64,000 nt of DNA from a virus (IMGVR_UViG_3300042890_002891:194831-258830); one strand, 5' to 3'; positions 26,946 to 36,519 are shown, numbered from the stretch's first letter. The notes: generated by a model from the sequence alone, not told the origin. Numbers and translations are program-made.

Positions 26946-27392
26946 TTATACTGCGTATGTGATTGCAATACTTTTAGGCTTGGCTGACTCAGGAACTTTG
27001 CGTTCCAGATACACAGTCAAGATACCATTGCTGATGCTTGCGCCGTTTACTTCCACATGCTCACTGAGTGGGAATGTTTGTTTAAAGTCGCGTTGTGAAA
27101 TACCACGATGTAGATATTCGTGAGCTTGATCTTGTTCTGTTGCTTTGGCACCAGAGATCACCAACTGACGTTTATCCAGACTGATATCAATTTCTCCTTC
27201 AGCAAATCCAGCCACAGCAACTTCAATGGTGACAGTGTCGTCGCCAGTTTTGATCACATTGTGGGGAGGATAGTTTGTAGTGGCTTGATGCTGTGTGACA
27301 CGCATAAGGTCGTCAAATAGATTATCAAATCCAATTCCAAACTTGTGAATTGCAGGAATATCGAAACTACGAAGGGTGAGAGTTTTTGTCAT
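26946..27392 (-). CDS. ibpA: small heat shock protein Hsp20 (IbpA-like)
   Basis: AIGFDNLF, YPPHNV, AVAGF, GILTV alpha-crystallin domain; about 148 aa. Confidence 0.85.
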   Translation of the reverse strand: MTKTLTLRSFDIPAIHKFGIGFDNLFDDLMRVTQHQATTNYPPHNVIKTGDDTVTIEVAVAGFAEGEIDISLDKRQLVISGAKATEQDQAHEYLHRGISQRDFKQTFPLSEHVEVNGASISNGILTVYLERKVPESAKPKSIAITYAV

Positions 27393-27475
27393 GTTTTTCT
27401 CCTATTAAGCAAGATGACTAGTGTAGACCCCACCATGGGCATCTACCGCAGTATTTATTATACTACAGATCAGAA

Positions 27476-27736
27476 TTATATTTTGTTATTTAGGTCAGAT
27501 ATCAGTCGGTAATTTGTCCAGCTTGGGTACTTTGGGTCCAAGACCCAGGTCAGCCCAAACAATGTGTAATACTCGTCCAAATCAAAAGTTACTCGTAACT
27601 TGCATTTGATTATTTTTGTCTTGTACTCGACGTTGTACTTGTTTGCCCAGGTGGCCAGTTTTTTAGAAACTGTGCCCACTGCATGTGCTGCTGTCTGACC
27701 GCCACCATCCTTTGACCATGCAAATTCAATGTACAT
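27476..27736 (-). CDS. hypothetical protein (86 aa)
   Basis: ORF directly downstream of clpX. Confidence 0.4.
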   Translation of the reverse strand: MYIEFAWSKDGGGQTAAHAVGTVSKKLATWANKYNVEYKTKIIKCKLRVTFDLDEYYTLFGLTWVLDPKYPSWTNYRLISDLNNKI

Positions 27737-27737
27737 T

Positions 27738-28949
27738 TTAGCTGTTTACAACCCGGAGTTCCTCGGGTTCTGCCACCTGATCCGTGTCAATTGACAGCAC
27801 AGCAATGCCTTGCTGGCGGTATTGTGCAAGATGAAACATGTGCGGCAACAGCACACGTTCTAGTTCGCTGTGCAGACCACGTGCACCAGTTTGATTGACC
27901 AAGGTGCGCTCCGCAATCTCATCCAGTGCCGCCACAGTAAACGTCAAGTCCACGCCATCTTCAGAAAATAGCCAACGATACTGATCCACATAGTTATTCT
28001 TGATCTCTGTGAGAATTCTAATCAGGTCCGCTTTGCTGAGTTGTTTCAAACTGACCCAGTTGGGAAAACGTCCAACAAATTCCGGAATCATGCCAAACTT
28101 CACCAGGTCATCTGGTGTGGTCATGTCCAGATCGGTATCAATAGATGTTTTTGCAACCTTGGCGTTAAAGCCAATGGAGGTTCCTTGCACACGATTTTTC
28201 ACTATGGTATCTAGCCCCACAAATGCGCCACCAGCAATAAACAAAATGTTGCGAGTGTCAATTTCAATCATGTCACCACCAGGATGCTTTCTGCCACCAC
28301 CTGCTGCTGGAATACGACACACAGTGCCTTCTACCATTTTTAACAGGGCCTGTTGTACACCTTCGCCTGACACATCTCTAGTGATCGACGAGCTTTCGCC
28401 CTTGCGAGCAATTTTGTCAATCTCATCCACAAACACAATACCCTGCTGTGTCTTGGCCACATCGTTGCCTGATGCAGCATACAATCTAGTGATTAGACTT
28501 TCCACATCGTCACCCACATATCCTGCTTCAGTGATACTTGTGGCATCAGCAATGGCAAATGGCACATCAAGATAACGTGCCACTGACTTGGCCAACAAAG
28601 TTTTGCCTGAGCCAGTGGGTCCTAACATCAAGATGTTGGCTTTGTCCATTTCTGGATCAGTTGTGGTCTTGCTGATGCGTTTGTAATGATTCACAATGGC
28701 CACACTGATCATGATCTTGGCAGCGTCCTGACCAATCACATACTGATCCAGATAGTTCTTCAGGATCATTGGATCTAGTTTGGCTGATGGTGGTTCGGGT
28801 GGCACAACTGGTTCGTCAGTTGACAACAGTCCCTGACAAAAATCCACGCACTCGTTGCAGATGCCTGCATACTCGCCAACAATAAGTTTACGCACGTCAT
28901 CTTTATTTTTGCCACAGAAGCTGCATGAGGAATGGGTTTCTTTGATCAT
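27738..28949 (-). CDS. clpX: ATP-dependent Clp protease ATP-binding subunit ClpX
   Basis: N-terminal C4 zinc finger CSFCGK...CNECVDFC, Walker [12 protein letters not shown]+ motifs. Start placed after the upstream stop (TAAAATAATG). Confidence 0.9.
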   Translation of the reverse strand: MIKETHSSCSFCGKNKDDVRKLIVGEYAGICNECVDFCQGLLSTDEPVVPPEPPSAKLDPMILKNYLDQYVIGQDAAKIMISVAIVNHYKRISKTTTDPEMDKANILMLGPTGSGKTLLAKSVARYLDVPFAIADATSITEAGYVGDDVESLITRLYAASGNDVAKTQQGIVFVDEIDKIARKGESSSITRDVSGEGVQQALLKMVEGTVCRIPAAGGGRKHPGGDMIEIDTRNILFIAGGAFVGLDTIVKNRVQGTSIGFNAKVAKTSIDTDLDMTTPDDLVKFGMIPEFVGRFPNWVSLKQLSKADLIRILTEIKNNYVDQYRWLFSEDGVDLTFTVAALDEIAERTLVNQTGARGLHSELERVLLPHMFHLAQYRQQGIAVLSIDTDQVAEPEELRVVNS

Positions 28950-28953
28950 TATT

Positions 28954-30366
28954 TTATTCTGGAAGTTGTTGTATGCGTTGTTCGATTTGATCACGTTCAC
29001 TGTCACTCAAAAGCTCAGGATCATACAATCCTTTTTCAATTTGAACAATCAAGTGATCTATGTATGCTATGTCGTAAGTATACTGGTCTTTTATAGAATT
29101 GTCAACTTTGATCCAGCCGGAGCCGTTGAATTTATACAACACATTGGGAATCGTTGTGGTCAACACATAGCTGTCACCTTTTACAGCAGTGTCGGGCAGG
29201 TGTGTTCCAAATCCAGATGTAGGTTCATGTGATGGCAAAAACTTTAGCCAAGGCAGTTCTTCTATCTGCCCAGAGTCAAATAATTTTCGTTGATGTTTGA
29301 GTGTGTCTGTGGGATTCTCGGCCTTCCATTGTGTCATGGCTGCTTTGAGTTCAGGACTTTCTTCGTCGGAGTCATCATCGTCGGGCAGTGTTGTTTCTGC
29401 TGCTTGTGGCACTGGCTGTGGGTCGGGCTCAAACATCCAACCGGCTGGATGCGGGTTCTCAGGAAATAGTTCTTGCCGGCTCACAAGTTCGCCAGTGGGC
29501 AAGTCTTGTTGTGCTCTAGCACGTAACTGTTCCAGTACTTCTGGATCAATGGGACCATCATCAGGTTCATATGCTGGTGGCTCAGGTTCAAGCACTCGAC
29601 TGGTGCGACCTTCACGTGCCCACTTGAGACTTTCTGTAGATGCCAACAGCATCATGATAGCTAGTGGATCAAATACACAAACCAACAACATGATCACCCA
29701 GCGTACTGCACGTTCCAGAACATTGGCATCAGGATTGTCACCGTAGATCAAGGCTGCAATGTACTTGATTGGACCTACTTCAGCTTCGATCTTGCGAAAT
29801 TCTGCTCGGAGTGGTGCTGCTTCTTCGTTCAGCTTGGCCACGGTTTTCTGCTCAGTGTCAATTTCGGCTATGAGACGAGCACGTTCTTTATTTTGAGATC
29901 TGCGGATCTGAACAGCTTTCTCAGCACCTTTCTCATCGGCACTGCGACCCATGACCTGGTCCACAGCTTCATCCATCTGTTTAAGTGCCCGACGGTTGGC
30001 GTCAATGTTGTCTTTGGATGTTCGAATTTTTTCATCAAAGATCAAAACCTTGGCCTGACTGTCGCCACTCACAAGACTCTGATCACTGTGTGCTTTTGAC
30101 AAGAAACCAAAGATGCCCATGCTGGTGATCAACATTAGCATGATCACAGCAGACACCAGGTATATTTTCATCAACCATCTGGCTCGTGGCCAGTACTCGT
30201 GCAGCCATATGGTCACAACCACCTTGGCCAATTCCAGGATGGATCCCATGATCATGATGGGTATCACTGCGGCTGCAAATATAGCTGCCAGGCCGGCAAT
30301 GCTGTAGTAGGCAGCAATAACGCTGAGACTCAGAGCCACGGCTAGAGTTATAAGACTAAGAAACAT
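28954..30366 (-). CDS. multi-pass membrane protein with a coiled-coil and an acidic Pro-rich C-terminal domain (470 aa)
   Basis: 4 N-terminal TM helices, a central coiled coil, one more TM, then [12 protein letters not shown]...DDDDSDEE. Confidence 0.5.
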   Translation of the reverse strand: MFLSLITLAVALSLSVIAAYYSIAGLAAIFAAAVIPIMIMGSILELAKVVVTIWLHEYWPRARWLMKIYLVSAVIMLMLITSMGIFGFLSKAHSDQSLVSGDSQAKVLIFDEKIRTSKDNIDANRRALKQMDEAVDQVMGRSADEKGAEKAVQIRRSQNKERARLIAEIDTEQKTVAKLNEEAAPLRAEFRKIEAEVGPIKYIAALIYGDNPDANVLERAVRWVIMLLVCVFDPLAIMMLLASTESLKWAREGRTSRVLEPEPPAYEPDDGPIDPEVLEQLRARAQQDLPTGELVSRQELFPENPHPAGWMFEPDPQPVPQAAETTLPDDDDSDEESPELKAAMTQWKAENPTDTLKHQRKLFDSGQIEELPWLKFLPSHEPTSGFGTHLPDTAVKGDSYVLTTTIPNVLYKFNGSGWIKVDNSIKDQYTYDIAYIDHLIVQIEKGLYDPELLSDSERDQIEQRIQQLPE

Positions 30367-30370
30367 AAGA

Positions 30371-30688
30371 CTATTTACCGGATTTTATCTTGGCACTCAC
30401 AGCGTACTTTACCGAGATCCAGGATGCAAAAGACTGTTCAGGCACATCAAACCAAACTGGATAGGATGTTTGATTGCCCCAGATGTTGTCTAGTTTGCGC
30501 TTGACTCGTGACTGGCTTTTCCAACCTGTGCCATAGAGTGTTTTTGCTTCACGCTGGATTGAGTACCAGACGTCGGTGCTTGAGATATCAAACCAAATAC
30601 GGTGCATGACCAAGGGCGTTGATTCAAGAGAGCTGAGTGACTCGGACATGCTCAACGCAGCGGCCCCAATTTCAACAGACATATACAT
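30371..30688 (-). CDS. hypothetical protein (105 aa)
   Basis: RBS AAAGGATATGT; lies at the end of a 160 nt leader from a consensus promoter. Confidence 0.45.
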   Translation of the reverse strand: MYMSVEIGAAALSMSESLSSLESTPLVMHRIWFDISSTDVWYSIQREAKTLYGTGWKSQSRVKRKLDNIWGNQTSYPVWFDVPEQSFASWISVKYAVSAKIKSGK

Positions 30689-30863
30689 ATCCTTTCACTG
30701 TGTTAGTCCTTATTGGCATACCCCCAGGTACCAGCCGGGTTTTGATTTTATTCAAGGACAGTGTCTCAACCTACGTGACTTATGTTCACATGCCACAGTA
30801 GCAGTGGGCCTAGGAATTCCACCGCACTATCGAACAGCACCATCTCCTTGGTCATGCACAGTA

Positions 30864-30892
30864 ATTATACAGGCACTGTGGCCTGTTGTCAA
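30864..30892 (-). promoter_or_regulatory. perfect consensus sigma70 promoter TTGACA-17-TATAAT
   Basis: Minus strand reads TTGACAACAGGCCACAGTGCCTGTATAAT; long leader before 30371..30688. Confidence 0.55.
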
Positions 30893-30893
30893 A

Positions 30894-31577
30894 TTATTTG
30901 GCAGGATCCTCGGCCAGTCCACGCCAGGCCGAGGGGTTGATTGCAAAGCCTTCTCGTTGCCAGGCACGTCCATTCCAGTCAGCAAACATCACAAACGGCC
31001 AGGTCATTGTGATAACTTCGTAGCTGCCTGTTCGCGCAGGAAGAGTATCACTGTCATACCACTCAGTCATCGCAGGTGTTTTCACAGCATAGTCTGGAAT
31101 GCCTGGCATTTCAGCAATCAATTCGTCAAGTTCGGCTGCCAACTGTTGAGCAGTTTTTTCTTGTGATTCTTCTGCCAGGCCTGAAAACTCTTCACCAGTG
31201 GTTTCATTGGTCATAAGCAAGGGACCATGAAACCAGTATTCAGTATCATTGTGACTCCAGCCCAGTGCTTCAAGTCCGTCTGAGAAATCCTGGTCCCAGG
31301 CAGCTTCAATCTGCTCACGTTCTGCTGCGCTCATATCCTCAGGAAATGTCCAGTCACTCCAGCAACCATCATCCAGGCTGTCCAGTTCCCAGTCATAGCC
31401 GTAGAGTTCGTAGCCGTCTGGGTTGGCAAGATCAACATCAGGCATTTCATCACTTTCGCAATAGAACGTGCCCCAACGATAGCCTTCTTCCTTGCTGATT
31501 GTCACACCATCCTTGTACCAGAGCTGTTTTTCAACTGCTGACTTTTTGTAATGTGTTGATAATCTCCAGACTGCCAT
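30894..31577 (-). CDS. acidic hypothetical protein (227 aa, Trp/Asp/Glu-rich)
   Basis: ORF with no recognisable motif. Confidence 0.45.
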   Translation of the reverse strand: MAVWRLSTHYKKSAVEKQLWYKDGVTISKEEGYRWGTFYCESDEMPDVDLANPDGYELYGYDWELDSLDDGCWSDWTFPEDMSAAEREQIEAAWDQDFSDGLEALGWSHNDTEYWFHGPLLMTNETTGEEFSGLAEESQEKTAQQLAAELDELIAEMPGIPDYAVKTPAMTEWYDSDTLPARTGSYEVITMTWPFVMFADWNGRAWQREGFAINPSAWRGLAEDPAK

Positions 31578-31592
31578 GATAGTTCCTTTGGG

Positions 31593-32396
31593 TTATTTTG
31601 CGCTGTTGGTCTGTACTGTGGGAGTCACAACACCGTTGATGACCAAGGTTTGACCTTTGAAGTTGGCAATAGCATCTGGCAACTTACGCATGGCATCTGC
31701 TTGTGCTTCGGCCATCAGCAAGGGAATTGCCATTGGGTTGGCCTGCATTGACTCATTACGCTTGCGAGCAGTGGCCACTTTGACTTCTTCGGTCTTGAAC
31801 TCGTTCTTGGCCTTGACCAATTCGTTAGCACTGGCCACAACTGAGTCAGCTGGTACAATATTACGGATTAGCACTTGACTAATACTGATACTACCGTCCA
31901 GTTTTTCTTCGGCAAGATTGCGAACAATTTCTTCCTTGATAAAGGTTTCCATGTCGCTACGGGCATCTGCCATGTCCAGGGCCTCATACTTACGAGCGGC
32001 CTTGTAGATAGCGTTACGAGCATTCTGCACAATGTAATTGTACATCACATAGGTATCACCTTTGAACTCGGTATGGAAGCTCTTGTTCTTGGTTGCATAC
32101 AATTCACTTACTTGCTGGGGGTTGATGTTGTAAACAACCACTGCATCAAAGTCTTTCATGGTGCTGTTGTCTCGGGCAACAGGAGTCATATTCTCCAGCA
32201 CCACGTTTACGTCCTTGATGGGGAACGTAAGAACCTCACCAATGATTGATTGATTGAAAGACCCAGGAAGTAGTTCACCACTCTGGACCTGTTTATCAAA
32301 ACCCACTCGCACACCAACTTCACCAGTTTCAATACGAGTACAACCTGTTGCCAGTACAGCAGCAGCCAAGATAGAGAGAGTTAAAATACGCTTCAT
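31593..32396 (-). CDS. SPFH/band-7 domain lipoprotein (HflC/prohibitin-like)
   Basis: Lipobox LATGC, then a beta-rich N-domain and a long A/E/K-rich coiled coil typical of SPFH proteins. Confidence 0.5.
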   Translation of the reverse strand: MKRILTLSILAAAVLATGCTRIETGEVGVRVGFDKQVQSGELLPGSFNQSIIGEVLTFPIKDVNVVLENMTPVARDNSTMKDFDAVVVYNINPQQVSELYATKNKSFHTEFKGDTYVMYNYIVQNARNAIYKAARKYEALDMADARSDMETFIKEEIVRNLAEEKLDGSISISQVLIRNIVPADSVVASANELVKAKNEFKTEEVKVATARKRNESMQANPMAIPLLMAEAQADAMRKLPDAIANFKGQTLVINGVVTPTVQTNSAK

Positions 32397-32457
32397 TGTG
32401 TTTCCTTAAAATAAAATTACAATCACTGTCATTACCATTACCACTGCCAGTGACACA

Positions 32458-32486
32458 ATTATACTGTAACCTATACTTTTTGTCAA
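32458..32486 (-). promoter_or_regulatory. perfect consensus sigma70 promoter TTGACA-17-TATAAT upstream of the SPFH gene
   Basis: Minus strand reads TTGACAAAAAGTATAGGTTACAGTATAAT. Confidence 0.55.
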
Positions 32487-32586
32487 GGCTAATTGTTCCT
32501 TGCCGTCCATCTTTCTAACAGCAGTGATGCCAAAGTGTATGAGAACAGCAATAATAGCAAACGCTAACCAAAGTTTAATCATGATA

Positions 32587-32799
32587 TTAAACGTCCAGGT
32601 CCATCTCGCAGGCTTCTTTCACAAGAGCCAGCACTTCATCCAGTGTGTTGCACAAGATCTTGGCAGTGACATAGTCACCTTTTTTGTTGCGTCCACTTGC
32701 CTCTACCATGAAACCGTTGTCATAACGATTCACAGTGTATGATTCATTTACCTTGGTCAGCTTATCGCTGAGTCGATTTACTGTTTTTGCTGTTGCCAT
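32587..32799 (-). CDS. hypothetical protein (70 aa)
   Basis: Preceded by the conserved about 35 nt leader element. Confidence 0.4.
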   Translation of the reverse strand: MATAKTVNRLSDKLTKVNESYTVNRYDNGFMVEASGRNKKGDYVTAKILCNTLDEVLALVKEACEMDLDV

Positions 32800-32834
32800 T
32801 TGATTTCTCCTAAAAAATTACTATTCATGATTGA
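32800..32834 (-). repeat. conserved 5-prime leader element, copy 1 (TCAAYCATGAAYAGTAATTTTTAGGARAAATCA)
   Basis: About 88% identical to copy 2 at 33063..33099; contains the RBS. Confidence 0.45.
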
Positions 32835-33062
32835 TTAAATGATGCGTCCAGTCACAGCATACACCAACTGATCCAATGGTGCATCATAGTTTTTACCGTT
32901 GCGTCGAAGCATCCAGATTTGTTCCACTAGCTCTTTAGCATCATATGGGCCATGACTCGAGGGTAATTCGTCACGACTTTCTAGTTCTTCGATCAGGTCC
33001 TCTGTTTCAAAATCTCCAAGATTAACATCAACTTCAACTTCTGTGTAAACTGTTTTGTGCAT
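32835..33062 (-). CDS. acidic hypothetical protein (75 aa)
   Basis: Preceded by copy 2 of the leader element. Confidence 0.4.
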   Translation of the reverse strand: MHKTVYTEVEVDVNLGDFETEDLIEELESRDELPSSHGPYDAKELVEQIWMLRRNGKNYDAPLDQLVYAVTGRII

Positions 33063-33099
33063 GATTTTTCCTAAAAATTACTGTTCATGGTTGACCCGG
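33063..33099 (-). repeat. conserved 5-prime leader element, copy 2
   Basis: See copy 1. Confidence 0.45.
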
Positions 33100-33300
33100 C
33101 TAGGCCATTCTATCTATGTTTTGTCCCGCACGGTTCATTCTACGATTCATTTCAATTCTTGCTTGTTCATCAACTTTGGCATCGGCCTGTACACGTCGTT
33201 CTTCTAGTCTAAGTTCTTCGTGACGCTTGTCCACCTTTTTGATTTCCATCTGTCGATACACTTCTGCATTTTGTGCAGATATTCTGCTGACTTCTGTCAT
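33100..33300 (-). CDS. coiled-coil hypothetical protein (66 aa)
   Basis: R/E/Q-rich helical ORF; ATGA-type coupling with the ligase gene. Confidence 0.4.
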   Translation of the reverse strand: MTEVSRISAQNAEVYRQMEIKKVDKRHEELRLEERRVQADAKVDEQARIEMNRRMNRAGQNIDRMA

Positions 33301-34664
33301 AGTTTTTCTCCTGCTTCAAATCCACGAAAGCGTACAAAGCGCGGAAATCTCAATGAGTATGATCCGTCTTGGTTTTGTGTGACTGCGTCCGCTTCGACTT
33401 CAACCACGTCACCAAGTAGCTCATTCCGACTGGCCCAATACTCATCACGAAGAGTATCGCTAAACCCACTGCCAACATTAACGCAAATTCTACGGTCATC
33501 ATCAACTCCTTCACAAATTATAGCACCCAACCGGCCCTGATTGCGACCGGTACCTTCTTCAAAACCCACAATATTAAGATCAACTGTGATTGTGGGTTTC
33601 CATTTCATCCAAAAACTAGATCGCTTGCACTCATATGGTGCGCCAAGATCCTTGATCATGATACCTTCAAATCCGTTGGCCACAGCATCCTGTGCATATC
33701 GATTCATGATGTCATGCCCTTCGGCTGTGTCCAGATCCACAGTGATACCGTCCATGAGACGCAGACAATCTGTAGCATCAAACCGTGCTCGAGATCCTGT
33801 TAAAATATCAAGTCGCTTGCTCTGTTGTGCATTATAGTGTCCTTCTTGAAAACTGTCAAGTGGAATGATATCAAACACATGATACACCATGTCCGTGGTT
33901 TCGGCATTTGTTTTGCGTTGTGCCTGCCGCATGAGTTGTTGAAAGCTGGCACCTACAATCTCGCCGTCCAGCACATATCGTCCGCCAAACGCACCAATCA
34001 GTTTGCGGTTGGCAGCAATGGCTTCGGCCACGTGCGGAAAGTTTTCAAACGGCTTGCCATTGCGGCTGTACAGTGTAACACTGGCACCTTGTACCACTGC
34101 CAGAACTCGCACACCATCCAGTTTGACCTCCAGGCGTTTGATGCCTTTCATCTTGGCCGGACGATCAGTTGAATCTTGCGCCAGCTGGCAGGTAAAGGTA
34201 GGTATCTTCCAGGATGTTTTGCCCAGAACCTTGTTGAGTGTTTTCTCACTGATGCCGCAGCGCAGGTCCTTGATCAAGACTCGTCTACACATGCCATTCC
34301 ACTGCTCCGAATCAAACAGTTCACTCACTTGTTCAATGCGATCTCTAGCAGCATGCCCGGTTACTCCGCGAGTTCTCAAGTCCTCACACAAGCCCCAGAA
34401 TATAGGCCACGGGTTGGGCTGTCCGGTTAGACCCTCAGTCTCCGGCACCTGGCGAACATTGTACACATAGAAAGGATTGTATGCCAGGTAACAGTTGAAC
34501 AAAAAACCCTGTGCGCCGGCACTGCCCAATTTTGAAGCCATCAAGGCTTTTTCAATCACTCGTTCTTTGTGCAAGCGGCTGTCGCTGGATTCAAGGTCGC
34601 GAATCCAGTCAGCTACCACTACGTGTTTCCAAAACTCATTGTTGTCAAAGTCAATGTCATGCAT
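33297..34664 (-). CDS. ATP-dependent DNA ligase
   Basis: KLDGVR adenylation motif I (KxDG), DGEIV motif and an OB-fold C-terminus; 455 aa. Confidence 0.8.
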   Translation of the reverse strand: MHDIDFDNNEFWKHVVVADWIRDLESSDSRLHKERVIEKALMASKLGSAGAQGFLFNCYLAYNPFYVYNVRQVPETEGLTGQPNPWPIFWGLCEDLRTRGVTGHAARDRIEQVSELFDSEQWNGMCRRVLIKDLRCGISEKTLNKVLGKTSWKIPTFTCQLAQDSTDRPAKMKGIKRLEVKLDGVRVLAVVQGASVTLYSRNGKPFENFPHVAEAIAANRKLIGAFGGRYVLDGEIVGASFQQLMRQAQRKTNAETTDMVYHVFDIIPLDSFQEGHYNAQQSKRLDILTGSRARFDATDCLRLMDGITVDLDTAEGHDIMNRYAQDAVANGFEGIMIKDLGAPYECKRSSFWMKWKPTITVDLNIVGFEEGTGRNQGRLGAIICEGVDDDRRICVNVGSGFSDTLRDEYWASRNELLGDVVEVEADAVTQNQDGSYSLRFPRFVRFRGFEAGEKL

Positions 34665-34667
34665 TAT

Positions 34668-35126
34668 TTAATTCTCCTGCGGGCGGGCCAAAGCACATAC
34701 TAATAGAAATTGTTCATAGGCTGCACGAACACTGGCATGTGTCATGAGTTTGTCTGCTTCCGTCTGCAGGGCACGAATACCTGCTTCGGCAATATCGTGT
34801 GAACTGGCTCCGCTCAACGTACAAAGTTCATCACCAAACTCTTTAGCCAATTTCTTCCATGCCTTTTGTTGTGCAGGTGTGATAGGAGTGCGAACAGGCC
34901 GCATTTCACTGGCTTTATGCATTGCCCGAATCATAGCCTCTTCGGCTACTCGGCTGGCCGCCATCATGGCCGCATAGTTAGGGTCAATGTTGTATCGGCG
35001 ACTAGCACCCCCTGGGTAAACCATCACAAGATGAGTACCTTTAGAAAAACTATCCGCAAGATCGTTGTCATACTCAGACACAGGAACATATCTGCGGCCA
35101 CGTTTTTCGTAGTAGATTTTTTTCAT
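34668..35126 (-). CDS. hypothetical protein (152 aa)
   Basis: Start at the ATGA overlap with the upstream stop. Confidence 0.45.
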   Translation of the reverse strand: MKKIYYEKRGRRYVPVSEYDNDLADSFSKGTHLVMVYPGGASRRYNIDPNYAAMMAASRVAEEAMIRAMHKASEMRPVRTPITPAQQKAWKKLAKEFGDELCTLSGASSHDIAEAGIRALQTEADKLMTHASVRAAYEQFLLVCALARPQEN

Positions 35127-35476
35127 TCTTTTAACTTCTTCCAAACAAATCTTTTTTCAGCATCAATAGCAAACTCAGTGCGCGACCCATTAACATCATT
35201 GCACCAGTTACTGACTATATCATAACTACCCCAACTTCCTTCGGGTGCATTTTCCCTAATCCAAGTTGCTATAGCCCAAAACATTTGACGATTGGCAGTA
35301 TCAGCAACAGCCAATGCACGGTCGTAATCTTTTGCTAACATTGATTCGCAAAACCCACATGGCGTAAACCCCTTAATCAAATAGTTTTGAAGTGTTTCGC
35401 GGGTATGCAATGGGATTTCCATACCCATGTATCTCAAATCATCCTCGGCTTCACTAAAATCAATCAATGTATTCAT
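35123..35476 (-). CDS. hypothetical protein (117 aa)
   Basis: ORF; contains a CGFCES motif. Confidence 0.45.
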   Translation of the reverse strand: MNTLIDFSEAEDDLRYMGMEIPLHTRETLQNYLIKGFTPCGFCESMLAKDYDRALAVADTANRQMFWAIATWIRENAPEGSWGSYDIVSNWCNDVNGSRTEFAIDAEKRFVWKKLKE

Positions 35477-35832
35477 TACCAGCTACTGTTATAAAAAACT
35501 TTTAGTCCCAAAAACACTTCTGCTTTGGCTGCTCGGACAAACGCAAGATCACTGTCTCGATATTCGTCGTCGCTGTCCTGCCCAAAAAAGAATCCGCTAG
35601 TGGCAGGCAATTGTTTGTGAGTAACTGCCTGTTCCAGAGCTTCAAGATCTTCCCAGGCGAGTTCTAGTTCAACGCCGTTGAATGAGTCGTACTCTAAATC
35701 TTTTGATTCAGCAAGTCGCTCCATCCAGCCATGCAGGTTAGGATGTTTACGCCAGTAGGCAATTTCACGCTGTCCAGTTTCGTCATTTGTTGCTGCCTTG
35801 GCGGCAGCATAAGCATACATGTCCAGTCCCAT
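35476..35832 (-). CDS. acidic hypothetical protein (118 aa)
   Basis: ORF. Confidence 0.45.
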   Translation of the reverse strand: MGLDMYAYAAAKAATNDETGQREIAYWRKHPNLHGWMERLAESKDLEYDSFNGVELELAWEDLEALEQAVTHKQLPATSGFFFGQDSDDEYRDSDLAFVRAAKAEVFLGLKVFYNSSW

Positions 35833-36077
35833 TACATTACCTTTCTAATTGCAGCCATTGCTTCGGGAAAACGTTTCATGGTGTCAGTTGCACTGTCCAG
35901 CTCAAGCAAGGCAGCTTGTTCCAGCAAACTGATGGCATAGGCCACATCCGCTGCACCCACTGCCACCATCCAGTCCTGAATTTCTTCTGGAGTCTTCAGG
36001 TTCATCACAATGTTCATGTCTGACACTTGGTATCGATTAAAACCCAATTGAGCAAAGTCAATTTTGCGATTGGTCAT
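35832..36077 (-). CDS. hypothetical protein (81 aa)
   Basis: Start placed right after the upstream stop (TAACATG). Confidence 0.4.
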   Translation of the reverse strand: MTNRKIDFAQLGFNRYQVSDMNIVMNLKTPEEIQDWMVAVGAADVAYAISLLEQAALLELDSATDTMKRFPEAMAAIRKVM

Positions 36078-36078
36078 G

Positions 36079-36462
36079 TTACCTAACTCCAAATACTGCT
36101 GCCATCAAGGCGTCAACTTCTGCTTGAGTAACAACCACTGGCTCAGTGCGGCGAACACGAGCAGGCTTTGCAGTCTTGACACGAACAGTTTTGGTGAGAT
36201 GTTTTTTTGCAGTTTTAGCAGGGCGGAGTTTGACTGCCACTTCGCCTGCCAGTGCTTCACGCACCGCATCAGTGTCAGCAAAGCCTGCTAGATTCTGCAG
36301 ATAACACACAGCACCGGCCTTGTCCATTGCACTTGGCAACGGCACAATATTCACATCAGTGTCGCCCAGCTTGGCCAATTGCTTGCCCCGAGCTTCTGAG
36401 TTGGCAAAACGAACTTTGACAGCGCCTTTGAGAACGGAAGTACCAGCGAAAGTATAAAGCAT
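36079..36462 (-). CDS. hypothetical protein with a basic C-terminal tail (127 aa)
   Basis: Immediately downstream of family promoter 36491..36519. Confidence 0.45.
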   Translation of the reverse strand: MLYTFAGTSVLKGAVKVRFANSEARGKQLAKLGDTDVNIVPLPSAMDKAGAVCYLQNLAGFADTDAVREALAGEVAVKLRPAKTAKKHLTKTVRVKTAKPARVRRTEPVVVTQAEVDALMAAVFGVR

Positions 36463-36490
36463 CTAAAACTCCTTTTGTGTTTAAGCGTTA

Positions 36491-36519
36491 ATTATAACAG
36501 ATTGGCGAATATTGGTCAA
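36491..36519 (-). promoter_or_regulatory. consensus sigma70 promoter TTGACC-17-TATAAT (family member)
   Basis: Minus strand reads GGTTGACCAATATTCGCCAATCTGTTATAATTAAC. Confidence 0.55.

Noticed and set aside
27393-27480. Sigma32 heat-shock promoter upstream of hsp20
   Set aside because: Only a partial CCCAT-like -10 (GCCCATGG) was found and no CTTGAAA -35. A TATAAT box is present, but without a convincing -35.
32406-32581. 58 aa small membrane protein in the SPFH gene leader
   Set aside because: A careful re-reading shows an in-frame stop after 30 codons (MIKLWLAFAIIAVLIHFGITVLERWTARNN). Only a short hydrophobic peptide ORF remains, so it was not called as a gene.
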